Assembly: GCA_043228905.1 (NCBI GenBank)
Contig: JBHGNT010000190.1
Coordinates: forward strand, 1 to 56,641
Reading direction: 5' to 3'
DNA: 56,641 nt
From: Azolla caroliniana
Lineage: Eukaryota > Plantae > Polypodiophyta
Positions 1 to 13,799 of the stretch are shown here, one piece after another. Within the stretch, counting starts at the first letter, position 1. Each line of letters begins with the position of its first letter. The position numbers and the translations under genes are program-made. The notes below the pieces were generated by a model, which had not been told where the DNA came from, searched no databases, and was given only the letters and a program-made list of their open reading frames with translations.

Positions 1-1143
1 ACATGTTCATAAAACAATTGACTTTCACTAGGAACAACACCATCAACCTCAAGATGCATCAAATTGTTCAAAAGACTTCAATCCTATTATCCAAAAGAAA
101 ACTTTGCGTGGTTTCACTTTGTGTTAAAAAACAAATCTAGAATAACATAAAATCAATTCGTAAAGTTGTTAAGTCCTACTAGGCAACTTGCATACCTCAT
201 ATATTGTAGTCTATTATGTATGAAATTGGGGTTTCCCACCCAATTGAACTTAGGTAAAACAACGCCAATTTGAATGTGGTCATGGTCTTGCTCTCTTGCT
301 TATTGCTTATGCTTAAATCAATTGTTTCCCATGGTTTTTGTCTTCACTATCTGTCTCGAGTCTCAGGTCAACTCTCATCCCTTGAATCTTGACCCTAGTC
401 TCGAGTCTCTCTAATTCGTCGTTTGTCTCTTAACACCCTTCATTTATCATTTTTGGTTCTTCTCTCATTGCTCGTCTACACGCCTTTGGGCCCTTGGGTT
501 GTGCCTAGGTCCCACTTTGTTTACAATGTACATCCCGCACTTTATTCAAATACACTTCTCGTCCTTACCTTACATGTATATACACACGTCAAATTATCTT
601 ATCATTTAGTCTCCTTTTCATCTACTCACCCCACCTTCCACGGAAATGTTATGTTCATCCCTCACACATACGCCAGTCCAATATCTTGCACAATTGCTCA
701 TGGCCATTCTCGATCCACGTGCTTGCAACCCCTATTCGATGTTTACACATAAACTAGGCGAGGTTTAATGCCATTGGTGGAACTGTGCCACATATAAGCT
801 CTACACCAAGGTTACATGTTGATGGCAAGCCAAAAAACATCGCATACCCTTTCTCTCACCAATTTGAAATAAATAAAATACCATGTGACCCATAAGTGGG
901 TCCTTACATAGGATTGTATTTGAGTATTGTCCTCTTATTTTTTTTGAAAAAAACAATACTACATCAGTATTAGAGTACTGTCTAGAAATCTTTGAGGTTC
1001 ATATATCGTCCTCTTATTTATAGGCGTATCCTTATTGTTGGATTTACATGCCTCTCACCGAACAACCAACAATATCTTATGTTGTTGCTTTTATTAGCTA
1101 CGATTATAACATATGCTCACCCACATCAAACATTGACACTCAA

Positions 1144-1300
1144 TTCACAACATGCAATTGTGATGAAATTCAGTAAAAATTTCCCATAATCTTGCCCGAG
1201 GCCAACTTTGTCACTCACTTCACAACATGCAATTGTGATGAAATTCAGTAAAAAAATCCCATAATCTTGCCCAAGGCAAACTTTGTCACTAACTTCACAA
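1144..1300 (+). repeat. 75-bp tandem repeat, ~2.1 copies
   Basis: TTCACAACATGCAATTGTGATGAAATTCAGTAAAAA...CCCATAATCTTGCCC...ACTTTGTCACT starts at 1144 and 1219, with a third start at 1294. Confidence 0.9.
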
Positions 1301-3766
1301 TATACAACCACAATGAAATTCGATGACTATGGTACATCTTCAACATTTCTTCCACCACTTCCTTTGATTTCTCGTTGTTGTAAACCAACAACATATAAAG
1401 GCATAAATCTTTGAAGTATCACACAACAATAACGTGATAACCCTCTCCTCTCAAATAAGTTGTTATGCCAAGATAAAAACATTGTCTAGTAAAGCAAGTT
1501 AGAAATATATATTTCTAAATTAATCAATAATTCAATGTTGCACAAAATTCACGCCAAGTTGTTTAAATTTCATGTTCCATATACATAGTTGTAAATGCGT
1601 TCATTCCAATGTGCCAATAACTTGTCCACAAGTTCAGTTGTTATCATCATTACAATTTACAAACATGATTTAACATCCTTTGCACTTTTTTATGGATTCA
1701 TAATTAGAGGGAAATATTGTTCCGGGATCCACCAATGATTTCAACAACAAAATTGAAATGCCAACTTATCAAATATTGATATAATGGTAGGATATACATA
1801 CTTCAACTATTCAATTTTTTTTCTTCTTTTCGACTCAAGTATGTTGTGGATTTATTTGGTGGTGCTGAAATAACTACCAATTGTTTATTGTAACGAGTTT
1901 TGAGTTTTTGCAACTTGGGCCCCATTGACTTGATTATTCTTCCAAGTTTAGAAGTCTTGCAACAAAGTGACAAAATGGAATTTGTTATAGGTTTGTGAGA
2001 ATGTTCATTTATTGCATATGAAATCCCCCCCTCCCCCACCCACCAATGACTTTCGAGACATGCAACTATTTGAAACATCAAGCGGTAACTCTAAACGAGC
2101 AATCAATGAATCCAACTCATGTATTCTTCCGTTTTCCAATGCAATATTTATATTTCTAAATCATATTTCCACCACCATTTGCCTTGTTGGCTCTTTTTTA
2201 TCATAGAGAAATATTTGTAAACTTCACAAAATTGTTGAGTTCCATCGCCAATGCCATAGTAGAGTTAGAACCATGACGAAAACTATCATGCTATAATGCT
2301 AGGGACATAAATAATGCATTCCAACTTTCCATTTTCTAATACAATGATTTTAACACTTTCTTTCCAAAATGAAAGTGCGCACGAGTAGAGAAAAAGTGAA
2401 AGCATGTAGATTTTTTTCATTCATTTCTCATACTTTTACATAGTTGGGCTCATTCCCAAAGAAGAATGACATATATGTATATTAATCTCACAAGCATTGG
2501 TAGCCTTTAACAACGGTAAGGTATGACTCTATGAGTTACACATTGTGCATTAACCCTATGTGTGATTTTGACCTTGATGGTGAGCGCTATTTTTAATGCT
2601 GTCATAATCAAAGTCACCTTTTTTTAAGAGAGATGCTATGATCATTTTTGTATAACATCTTTATTCCATCAATGAATTCAAAATATTCGAAAGGTTCAAC
2701 ATTGAAAAATCGATAGAGCAATCACAACAATGCCATACTTTTCATGTCTTAAAAACATCAAAAGTCATATTTGCTTTTCGTGCAACTATAATAACATACC
2801 ACGCCTCATTAAAACAAGATGCGCATAACTCGAGGATTCTTGTTGCATATTCTAATCTAAAAATAAGGTACATTACCACAAGGTTCTTATGCACCACAAC
2901 TTACCTTGCTAGTTGTGAGATCCTAGTAATACATCAAAGCATGAATATGCTCAACTTTCACGTGTTGAGATGTCCCGAATCATGATTTCATGAATTTTTG
3001 TGTGCTAGTATGCACGACAAGGGGGCTACATTCGAGTGTAACGTCAACATGGCATAACGAACATCGAAGTTGAGTCCATAAAACTGATCAGGACACACGC
3101 TAACCATGCCACTATTCCTGGCATGGCATCGAGCATAATGGTGATAGCTATCTGTGTCAGACCCCACCACCCGTGACACGTGCGGCTTAACCAAGCCATT
3201 CTGGAGTGGGCTATGTTATGTTACCTACCACACATATGAGAAAGAAAGAAATATTAACGTCTTTTAAGAGGCCAAAATGGCCTATAAGACCAAATAAGAG
3301 ATTACATCTTGAGTGTTGAGAGAGAGAGACAAAGAAAGAAAGATATATTAACGTCTTCTAAGGCCAAAATTGGGCCATGTGTGAAAGCAATTTCAGGGGG
3401 ATTTTGAAAGAGAATGGAGCTGCAAAGAAAAGCTGCAAAAAGTAGAGGGCCATAAACAGAGTGAGAGATGTCAGCTTATTTATATACATACATAGTGATA
3501 GTATAGTCTAAACATCTATCTCTTCAGGTAAAGAGAAAGAAAAGGAAAGGATGATAACCCCACCCACAAATTACAATGCAGAAAACAACAGAAACACACT
3601 CTGTTCCATGAAAGCACCGGCATTTCACTCTGATGTACAGACACTGTCTCTCTCTAGAGTTGCTTAATATATCTTCTTTATATGTATGTGTATATATATA
3701 TTTACGAAGGTTGTGAAGGCTATCTTCTTTTGGGTCTAAAGCGAAGGTTTTGTCTGGTTTCTGAAT

Positions 3767-6700
3767 ATGGTTCAAATTGAGGAAATTTGTATTGGGCTGT
3801 GCACACTCCCGAGAACTTCCGCCAAGTTCAGGCCAAAATCAACGTTGTTAGCTATCTTAGCTCTTCTTATTTGTGTCTTGCTAAGTTTGCGGCAAGTCTT
3901 GCATTGTAATTTCATCGCATTTCATGGTTCCCTAGCAGAAAAAGAATCATATGAATGGAGAGGCCCAAGGAACATCATTTACTCCAATAGATGGTATCAA
4001 GGCAGAAAACTCAAATCTAAGCAATACATAGACAAATATGTCTTCAATAAGGTAAGCTTTCCTAACCCCAGTATAGAAGAAGAGTCTACCCATGTCCATG
4101 TTACCACATACGAAGATGAACCACATATTGACACAAAAGCTACCCGTATATATGAAAACTTTCTGACGCAAGAAACTGAGAAACAACGTTTTAAGCTTAG
4201 GTCCCTTCAAAAATCAATCCTTATAGCCCAAAGAAAGGGAAAAAAAGCATTGGAAGAGCTTGAATTGACCTCAAATTACTCTCACATTGTGTATGATAAG
4301 AGCAGCATTCTATGTCCAAGATCAATCTTTATGGTTAAAGATAAAGATATAAAGAAAGAGAATCATTTTATGAGTCTTCCATGTGGAATCACTATAGGGT
4401 CATCCATAACATTGATTGGTGTGCCTCATCCACCACACTATGAAAAAGTACCAAGGATTGGACATATTGCTAATGGTGAACCTGTATCAACGGAGGTCTC
4501 ACAATTCATGTTTGAGCTTCATGCTCCCAAGGTTAATGGAAGTGAAGAACCCTCGAGGATTTTGCACATAAATCCAAGACTAAAGGGTGATTGGAATGAT
4601 AAACCAGTGATTGAACTCAATACGTTCCTGAATGGTCAGTGGGGTACAAGTCAACGTTGTGATGGTACATCATCCTTATATCACGAGACAGGTTTTTTTT
4701 CTTCTCTCATATCATATCATGCCATACTACAATCATGTGTTACCCATTGTATTGTTGTAATGGAGCTCATATCATGAGACATCTCTCTCTCTCTCTCATG
4801 TCTCATTATAACCACATGTATCTTCATGTGTTATATGCTGCTTGTCTTTTAATTGTATTTTTGTGATGATACTCATGCCAGGAGACATCCTCTCTCTCTC
4901 TCTTGAAGTTGTTAATGCAACACCACATCTATCTTGCTTCATGCTTTTATATGTGTTAAATACTGTTTGCCTTTTCATGGTGATGTTTGATGGTACTCAT
5001 ATCACGAGACTTATTCTCTTGTATCAGATTACAACCATGTGTGTGTTTATTAGTTAAACATTGTTTTCCTTCAAATTCCAATGTTGTGAGGATACTCCAT
5101 CTTCATACAAGGCATTAAATATAGTTTGCATTCTAACTATAGTTTTTGGACTGTGGACAAGCCAATATATTGTCATTGCTCATTATAAGCTCTCATTCTT
5201 GTAAAAGTTAAATAACTCAATGTATCTGGCACAATAAGAAACTAATCAAACATTTCTCCACATCTAACTAATCTATAACATTCTTTAACAAGAGCATATA
5301 TCAACCTATTAACTCTTGGCTTGGTCTTTCCTAATGTATATGTAACTAGCTATTTGTCACTTTAGTAGGAACAGAGTTTTCCCAACAAAGCAGAACTTTT
5401 GTTCAAGTAGTGCTGAGTTTGTTGTTCATTCTTGATTATATCATTTGTATTCTTTTCTCATATTCATTAAACTTTGTTTCCTTTCAGCCTTTCTTCCACT
5501 TATTTCATGGTTTTCATTGCCTATAGATTTTTATCACAGATCAGGGAATTCCGTTATTAAATAACATCATTATAATTTTTTGTCATGCTAGTGGAAGGAT
5601 CTCTGAAGTGTGAGCAATGGATACAGAAAGGTGACAATGAGAAAGAGTCCCCTTTGTGGCTTGATAGGGCGATTGAAAAATCTGAATTGAGCTGGAAATA
5701 TCCATTCTCTCAGAACCACTCCTTCATCCTGACAGTCAGGGCAGGACTAGAGGGTTACCACATGAGTGTTGATGGCAGGCATGTTGCATCTTTTCCTTAT
5801 ACCACTGTAAGTTGCTATGGTTTACCCAAACAAATTTGTTTGCTGTGCTCAATTTCTTACAAATGTGTCTGCACAATATCATCAATATGTATGTATATGC
5901 GTATTATCTCTATATACACATATGTGTAGAAGCGTTTATGTATGCATGTGTGTATCAACATATGTTATACACACAATGATACATTGCAGGAAGCAATTTC
6001 CTATGTACATTCTTGAAGGAATCAACACCTGAAATATTTAATGTCTTAAGTCATTGTTTTCAGCTCTGAAGGTTGTTATTATCATGCATTTCATTTATAG
6101 ATTTTGCTAAACCAGAACAAGAAGAATCTTTGTTTATATTATTGTAGGCAATAGAATTTGAAAAACAGCCTCCCTTTTATGTGCTATAAGCTTTGTGGAT
6201 TTATAGGGGGAAATCATGTGTAGTTATGGTGTTATACAATTGAATAAAGAACAACAATATTCTGCATGTCTGCAAACAACGTTGGGTTTTTCTTATGAAT
6301 TATTGGTTATCTGGCAATTATATTTGTAATCATCAAAATGTTTTATTTCCTCTTCCCATAGGCATTGTGGAAACTGTCATGTTTAGTTGAGAATATTTGT
6401 TTCCATTCCTTTGGCAAGCCGCTGACCTAGATGCATTGCTATGTGCATTTCTGTTCCTCTTAACTACTTGCTTGCATGTAACTGAAAGTTTGTCATTTGT
6501 TATGGAAAATCTATTAAAAGAATCTTTCCCCAGGTTTGAGTTCACCTTTCCTTATAGGGTAATACACACAAACTTGTACATAGAAAGGAAAAGCATGTAT
6601 GGTATACCTACATGGCATAATGTCTATATCTATGAATGCTGAAAATATGTTGGTCTACAGCCATCAACATGTGAAACCTTCTATTAGATTTTTTTGTTAC

Positions 6701-8630
6701 CCTTCGTTTTGCTGTGGCATTCAGTCCATACATCAGGTGTGGTTTTCAGCATCTTCCCTATGTTGGATTCCTGATTTGATTTGACATAACCTTGATTTGG
6801 GACATTTCTTCCTTATTTAAACCCGAGATACCTTTGTATGTCTTCGAATCTCTCTCTTCTGGCTTGGACATGGAATATGTTGCTGATATATTCTATCATC
6901 ACTTGGATTGATCACATAGATTTATTTCCTTTTTTGTATGGAAGGGAAAATATTTGATTTTTGTCAACACATATATGTATAAAGAGGGAGATAGAGAGAA
7001 ATGCTATTTTGCAGGGTTTCATTGAAGAGCTTACGACAGGGTCATATGTTGGAGGTGATGTGGATGTCCAAGCTCTCATTGCAACATCTTTGCCATCTCT
7101 CCCACCAAAAAGTATTGATGAGAAAATCTTTGAGAATGGGCACCTGTTGAGAGCACCGAAGTTTAAGAATGGTCCAATTGATCTCTTCATTGGAGTACTC
7201 TCAGCAAGTGATCATTTTACTCAAAGGATGGCTATGCGATCATCCTGGTTTCAAGCTGAGCCAATTAAATCAGCTAAAGTAGTGATCAGGTTTTTCGTTG
7301 CCATGGTATGAAATGATCACATATATTTATTATATTTTCATTTGTGAAGGTATGATATAACCATGGATAACTATGGTAGCAGCACCCAGATAAAGATGTC
7401 AATCTCCATGTGAAGAAAGAAGCTAACTATTATGGTGACATGGTATTACTGCCTTTCATGGATGAGTACAATCTTGTGGTGCTCAAGACCTTGGCAATAT
7501 GTGAATATGCTGTACGTGTTCTCAAGCTTTCCTTTATTTTTTGCCAGTTAACTCTGTTTTAACCATGGTATCAATATGTGGCTGTGTCACTCTGTGTTTT
7601 TATGTCAATTATGGTAAAATTTGAAGTACATATTTCAGAAACTATACATACGCATACGCATACGCATACTCATATAATTTCTTTTCCTTGCTCTCATTGG
7701 AGAGAATATTTTAAGGTACTATATTTTGTTGAGTCGCATAGGTGATTGTTGTCTTCTAAAGACATTAATACATCTGTCTTTCTTTATTTCTTCTAACATA
7801 AATGACAAATATTCATCGCAGTTAATCTTTTAAATACTCATATTTGGCACAGGTTCACAATGTATCAACTAATTATATCATGAAATGTGATGATGATACA
7901 TATGTTCGAGTAGATGCCGTGCTGAATGAGTTAAAGATGGAGAATCAAAATCAAGGTTTGTATATGGGAAACATGAACATGTTTCATCGGCCATTGCGAA
8001 TGGGGAAATGGGCAGTCACATTTGAGGTATATTTCGTGATCACACCTAAAAATTGAAACACAACGATAAAGTCTCTTAAAGAACGATTATTTAATTTTGA
8101 CATGGATTTTATGTGCATCTAGTTTATGAGGATGTATATTTATCTTGCTCTGAGCAGGAATGGCCCGATGAGGTGTACCCTACATATGCAAATGGTCTAG
8201 GTTACATTATTTCAACCAATATTGCGCAATTTATAGTGACACAAAATAGAAGGAAAGCTCTCGAGGTACTGGATCCTTATTTGTGCACCAAATTGTATAC
8301 TCCTACCTTGTTTGTTATTTACCAGAATGCTGTTCAATTAAATTCTAAATGTCCGAAATTGTATGTTGTTTTGCCCGAAATTCTAAATGCCTTTTTCTTG
8401 TTATATGATGTTCTCACTGCTTGTAGCTGTTCAAAATGGAGGATGTTAGCATGGGATTATGGGTCCATCAATTTCAACAAGGTGGTGGAAGTGTCCACAT
8501 TGCTAACATGTGGAAGTTTTATCAAGCTCGATGTGAGGATGGCTACATAGTAGCCCACTATCAGTCACCCAGGCAAATGCTATGTATGCATAAGAAGCTC
8601 TTACAAGGGGACCTCCATTGTTGTAATTAG
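3767..8630 (+). CDS. GALT: Hydroxyproline O-galactosyltransferase (GT31 family, N-terminal TM + galectin domain + Galactosyl_T domain), 7 exons: 3767-4691, 5592-5806, 7015-7305, 7383-7511, 7853-8026, 8158-8265, 8427-8630
   Basis: Type II membrane anchor (LLAILALLICVLLSL). Galectin motifs LPCGITIGSSIT, RILHINPRLKGDW, EGYHMSVDGRHVASFPY. GT31 motifs LFIGVLSASDHF..RMAMR.SW, YIMKCDDDTYVR, YPTYANGLGYIIS, LFKMEDVSMGLW and AHYQSPRQMLC. All junctions are GT-AG and in frame. The exact GALT paralogue is not assignable. Confidence 0.95.
4660..5100 (+). repeat. Degenerate ~100-125-bp tandem repeat spanning the GALT exon 1/intron 1 junction
   Basis: A GATGGTAC..ATATCACGAGAA-like core (GATGGTAC...ATATCACGAGAC) followed by a CT-rich tract recurs near 4661, 4760, 4864 and 4989. 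Confidence 0.7.
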
Positions 8631-10170
8631 CTCACGGAAACCTTTCCTTTTGGGGGTTCCCTCACAAAAATTTGACCCTTTGTAAATATACATTTAACAT
8701 TCTTGATTCATTTTTGTTGTCATATTGATACAACAATTTTAAAGTGAATCCAGATGGCAATTTTGAGAGGTTCATAAATTTCACATTTTATATATTACAT
8801 AAACAATTCATTCTGCATTCACTTGATTTTGTCATAATTGTTGTATGACCTTGAGGTTTGGTTCCATAATTGTGTTCACCATATCAAATTTGTGAGACAT
8901 GTGAGGCCACATTGTTATTTTATAACAAATTGGCACATCCTAGTTCGGGAAAAGGAATTGTTTGTGATCTTGAAAAAGAGTTCTGGTGATCTGGGCCCAC
9001 GTTTTACCATATCTAGAAATTTGAGGACTCCAAGATGTCAAGGATTCATTGAATGCCTCCACAAAGGTTCTAAAATGACTCTTTCAATGTTGTGGGTGAT
9101 AAGGAAACTTATAGAATTTAGAGTACTCTTGAGCAACAATTTGAGTGGTTATTACACATCATGACATACTCAAGTGAACAAGAGAGAAAGAGATGAGGGG
9201 ATATCCTTGATGTTGCGGGTCTACATTTGGATGTTCTTTGTGTAAAGTGATTCATCAAACATGGTTAAAGGAGCACATGTCTCATAAAGAGAAGCAGAGG
9301 GTGTAACTATGTAAGACAATGGGGGCACACCTAAGTATGGTTTCAATGGTGTACAATATATTATTCTCCATGATTTCTTAGATAGTATTTTGATATGTTC
9401 ACACGCAAAGAATATGGTTTGGCAATTAACTGGGGCTAGTCAAAGAGAGATCCATAATCTTGTATATGGTGAACAATTCATGATTTTTTAAAGATACTTC
9501 CATTAATACATGGATATCTTGTCTTCGGGTTGTATATGAGTTCATTCACCAAGAATAATTCCTAGTGACTTTATAATTAAATCTCATGTGTCTATAACTT
9601 GGTTGTATTATGTAATGGGTCCCATAAGGCAATTTGAGATTTCCTGAGCCCAAGGGGGCATTTGTGAACAATTGTTCTCATTTCTCATGAATTACTTGCA
9701 TGTGGAACACAACATAATTTCTTTATTTAATCTATCATTTCTCATAATTTCTTACGAATCTAGAGTTGTGTTTTTATTTGTGTGTAATTTTACACAATCC
9801 CACCCCAACTCATATCTTCATATATTAATAAAGTATACATTTTTGTGTCAAATCTAATATTAATTATATTATATTAATCCGAAGCTAAAACATTAAAAAG
9901 CTTTCAACTAGAAATTGAAACATATTATACTTTCTACTTTGAAGAGGTGCAATTATAAATAAAAGATAAAGAGTTCTTGTTGCTCATATATCATTGTAAT
10001 TGTTCCATTAGCATTCTAGATTTGCTACCAACCTAAGACACCTACACCCACAAATTTTATAAGGGTAATATTAGAGTACTCATGATAGTGAAGCATTATA
10101 TTTATTGTGATGTAGTAAAGCTTATGCTTCAAACTCCATCAAGATGTGGATTGAGACTTGGGAAGTACTG

Positions 10171-13100
10171 CTAGTTGTTAGTAGATGTAATCTCATTATC
10201 GAGAAAGGCCTTTAGTGCAAGGCTTGCTGCCCATATGTCATCATCCTGCACATGCTCGTTGGGAGAGTGACTTACACCTCCGGTACATCGAACAAAAAGC
10301 ATACCAACCTTTCATGTCACAAAAAGGAAAGTCAACATAACTACCAAGACAACTAACTCTAATGGGAAAAAACTAGTGCACAAAGAACACTATCATATAT
10401 GATATCCTAACATTTTAGATATTTACCAAAATACCCCGATGTTTCATGAAATTGCTCGAATAATACCCCTATGTAGTAGTAAATTTTGTACTAGCTAGGG
10501 GGACAACTTAGGGGCATCTTGGTAAATACCTGAAGAGTTAGAGGTATTTTGGTGTTTTACTTAGAATGGGCATGAATAAAAGTATTATTAAGACATGCAA
10601 TCCAAGTCTCATTGCCTTTGTCAAGTGTGCCATCATAGCAGCATCATGTCCAGCACCACTGACAAGAGTTGGAAGAAATTGTTGATCTAAATGTAACCCG
10701 GATGCTGGAAGATTGTGGAGAGCTTTTGTTGCTGCCACATTCAAAAGTTCTTGAATGTCTGGATGGCAATGGACTGCTTTTGCTTCATGCTATGTAGCAT
10801 AGAAAAATTTCCACCAAGAGTAAGAGATTGTAAGTGTCAAGATTCCAAGGCATATTATAAGTTTCAAGATTAAACAAAGTTTGATTTCCACACCAACCAC
10901 ACACACACACACACACCTTGACTGAAATATTAAACAATATCTGCCTATCCTCACATGTCTCTTTGATTTTGTTTTTTATCATGTCAACCGCCTTTGTCCG
11001 GACATCGTCATTTTCTGCACGAATGTCGACAGAGAAAGTAACCTATATAGAATGCATTACAAACTAATGTGAACTCTAACATTTTGCAAGTTGTACAACA
11101 AAAACAAGACGTTACGTGTTAAACCATGACACAAATGCATTTCCTTTATGCATCATATAAGAAACTTTAAAAGACATTTTTCCAGCAATTTCCTTATAAA
11201 GGCAAGCGTTAAAAACTAGAAAAGGATTTTTGAAACAATAACTCTTACTTCACCAGGGATGACATTACTAGCACCAGGCCAGGCTGCAATTTCACCAACT
11301 GTGCACAACAAAGCACCTCCAAACATAAAGTGGCCATGTCTTTGGTTCACTTCACTTCTCATAAAGAGAAACTCTTCCGGGTGTTTACAACTGTGCTCAA
11401 TTCCAACGATTGCAACCGCTGCAGCTGCCATCGGGTCCCTTCGCATAGCCATCGGTACAGTACCAGCATGTCCTTGGGATCCTGTAAGTTTGACCTATAT
11501 ATAAATAACATTTCATTTATCATATATTCAATGGAAAACTTTTCAACTGGCACATGTAAGCCATATTTATTAAAAAATATTTAAAAATTACCAAGAGTCT
11601 AGTCTGGCCGGCTATGCTTTCCACTATGCCTAGAGCGATTCCTTGTCTTTCAAGCACTGGACCTTGCTCTATGTGTAGCTGTGAATGCATCATGGCATTT
11701 ATTTCTTCAGATGGTAACTATTGGAAGGTCTCCAAGAAAGAGGATATGAAAAACCACCTCTATATAACCCCACACATCATCTCTATCATACTTGATATCT
11801 TTCACACTTCGAATTGTTCCCGGAAAAGTGGCAAACTTCAGAGCATTTTCTAGCGTCATCCCACTGAAAGCCAAAAACAGGCTTTACGGTTTCAACTACA
11901 TGTTGCATGTTTCCGGACGATCATGCCAATTTATACTTTATGAAGTATAGATACTAAAAACAAGTTCAAGTACTCAGAAAAGTTAGGAATTTCACACCTT
12001 TTGTCCTCTATGCCAAGAAGGTACTCAGGAAATTCCCCTACCAGAGCCGCACTTCCGAGAAAAGTTGATTGAAATCGAATCCCCTCTTCATCGCTAAAAG
12101 CAATCACCTGGATAATATTGAATAGATGTTAAGATGGAAATTATACTAAACTTTATATACGTATATATCCTCTGGCATGTCCATCAAAGAGGTCAAAATT
12201 TCCTTTTCTAGTTTCACATCAAGTGAAGGTATAATGAGACTTGCCTCAATAGGCCGAGGAAAACTATCAAGTTTTCCCTTTATTTTTAGGGTCTTTACTG
12301 CAGCAATAGCAGCGATGATGCCAAGTGATCCATCATACATTCCAGCATCAATGACTGTGTCCTAAAACATGAGAGAAAAAACTTCGAACAAGATTGTTGC
12401 AACCTAATTTATCTGTAAAAGATGGTAAAAATACAAGGTGATCTATACTATATTTTATACCAAATGGGAGCCAAACAGCAATGCTGGTGCTGAAGCATTT
12501 CCACCATTTACTCGTCCGTGAACATTGCCGATATCATCAATCCAGCTTATGTGGATGAGCAAATTTAAAGTTAGTGATGAAGAAGGAAGAATCATGTTAT
12601 TAACTTCTGTATTTACAATTAATATAGGATATGCAAAAATCATAGTGTTATAAGTATAAATTCATTGTATAGCCTGTATGGAAGATTTATGGTATATGCA
12701 TACAGTCATAGGTTAACATACATACACGCATCCAACATTTATGGCCTTGATTGTTTTCTACATAAACCTCAAAGGAATAGAATCTGATTTCCGTATAATG
12801 GCTAAAGTTACATATTAATAATCATGAAGTAGTTATATGCCAATACGTTGTCATCCCAGCATCTTGCATCCATTCCTGGATGAGCTTTCCGGCCTCTATT
12901 GCTCCCTTGCTCAGGAAGGTTCTTTGCAAATACAGGGGAGAGTCACTTATCTATTGGCAAATTTAAAGGAAAAACTATAATATCAGCATCAGTAGGATTG
13001 ATTATATGTAAATCATTATTCATCAAATTACAAGATGTTATGAAATCATTTTAGGAATCATTTCCTACTATTCCTACTTAAGAAAACTTCAAATATACAA

Positions 13101-13791
13101 AATGCATTAAAAGTATTTTGGTAAGGATCAGACATTATGAAAGATCTTGAATAATGGATTCGTTAATACCCCTTTAGAACAACATTTTGAACTTACATAC
13201 ATTAACATTGATATTGATATGTTAAGGTCATCCATTGCCAAGACAGAATTTTTTTAAAGCTTTGAGACAAATTCGTGGTCTTCTGATAATCCATACATAG
13301 AGATGAAACAGAAATGGCGTACCCTCGCAAGCTCTTTTAGCCTTGACAAAGGTTCTATCTTCAAGACGTGCAATTCGGCATCTGTTGGAGTCTTAATAGA
13401 ATCGATTGTATACAATCCTATATATAAGAATTAAATCAAGTACTCCACATTAATAAATATCAAATCATTCCATGAGAGCGCAAGAAAGCTTTCACACGTC
13501 ATAGAAATGTCATTAGAAACTCACTCATTTAGCATGAAAACATAAAATCAAGGAAATATGTAAAGCATGATAAACAGGAAATGAAGTCAATATGTATATA
13601 TGTGTACATACCATGAAATCAAGGCAATGTATATGCATATCATGAAATCAAAGGCCATTCATATTATGATTAAAATCCATAGAACCTAAGAAAAGGGATT
13701 GCTAATTACCCGGAGCAATCCTGGCGATGAACGAGAGAAGGATGCAAAGAAAGGCTACAAATCGCATAGATTTTGTGAAGAGAATGTCCAT
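10171..13791 (-). CDS. AAH: Allantoate deiminase / allantoate amidohydrolase (peptidase M20 family, ureide catabolism), 12 exons
   Basis: The spliced minus-strand translation gives a signal peptide (MDILFTKSMRFVAFLCILLSFIARIAPG), then GSHL|DTVIDAGMYDGSLG, VIAFSDEEGIRFQSTFLGSAAL, LHIEQGPVLE, GHAGTVPMAMRRDPM, WPGASNVIPGE, SGAGHDA and VGMLFVRCTGGVSHSPNEHV. Stop TAG at 10173-10171. Two introns need GC donors. Confidence 0.95.
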
Positions 13792-13799
13792 TTCTTTGC

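Noticed and set aside
1-3200. AT-rich region that looks like decayed transposon sequence
   Set aside because: No diagnostic motif, LTR, TIR or TSD could be identified by eye, so it is left unannotated.
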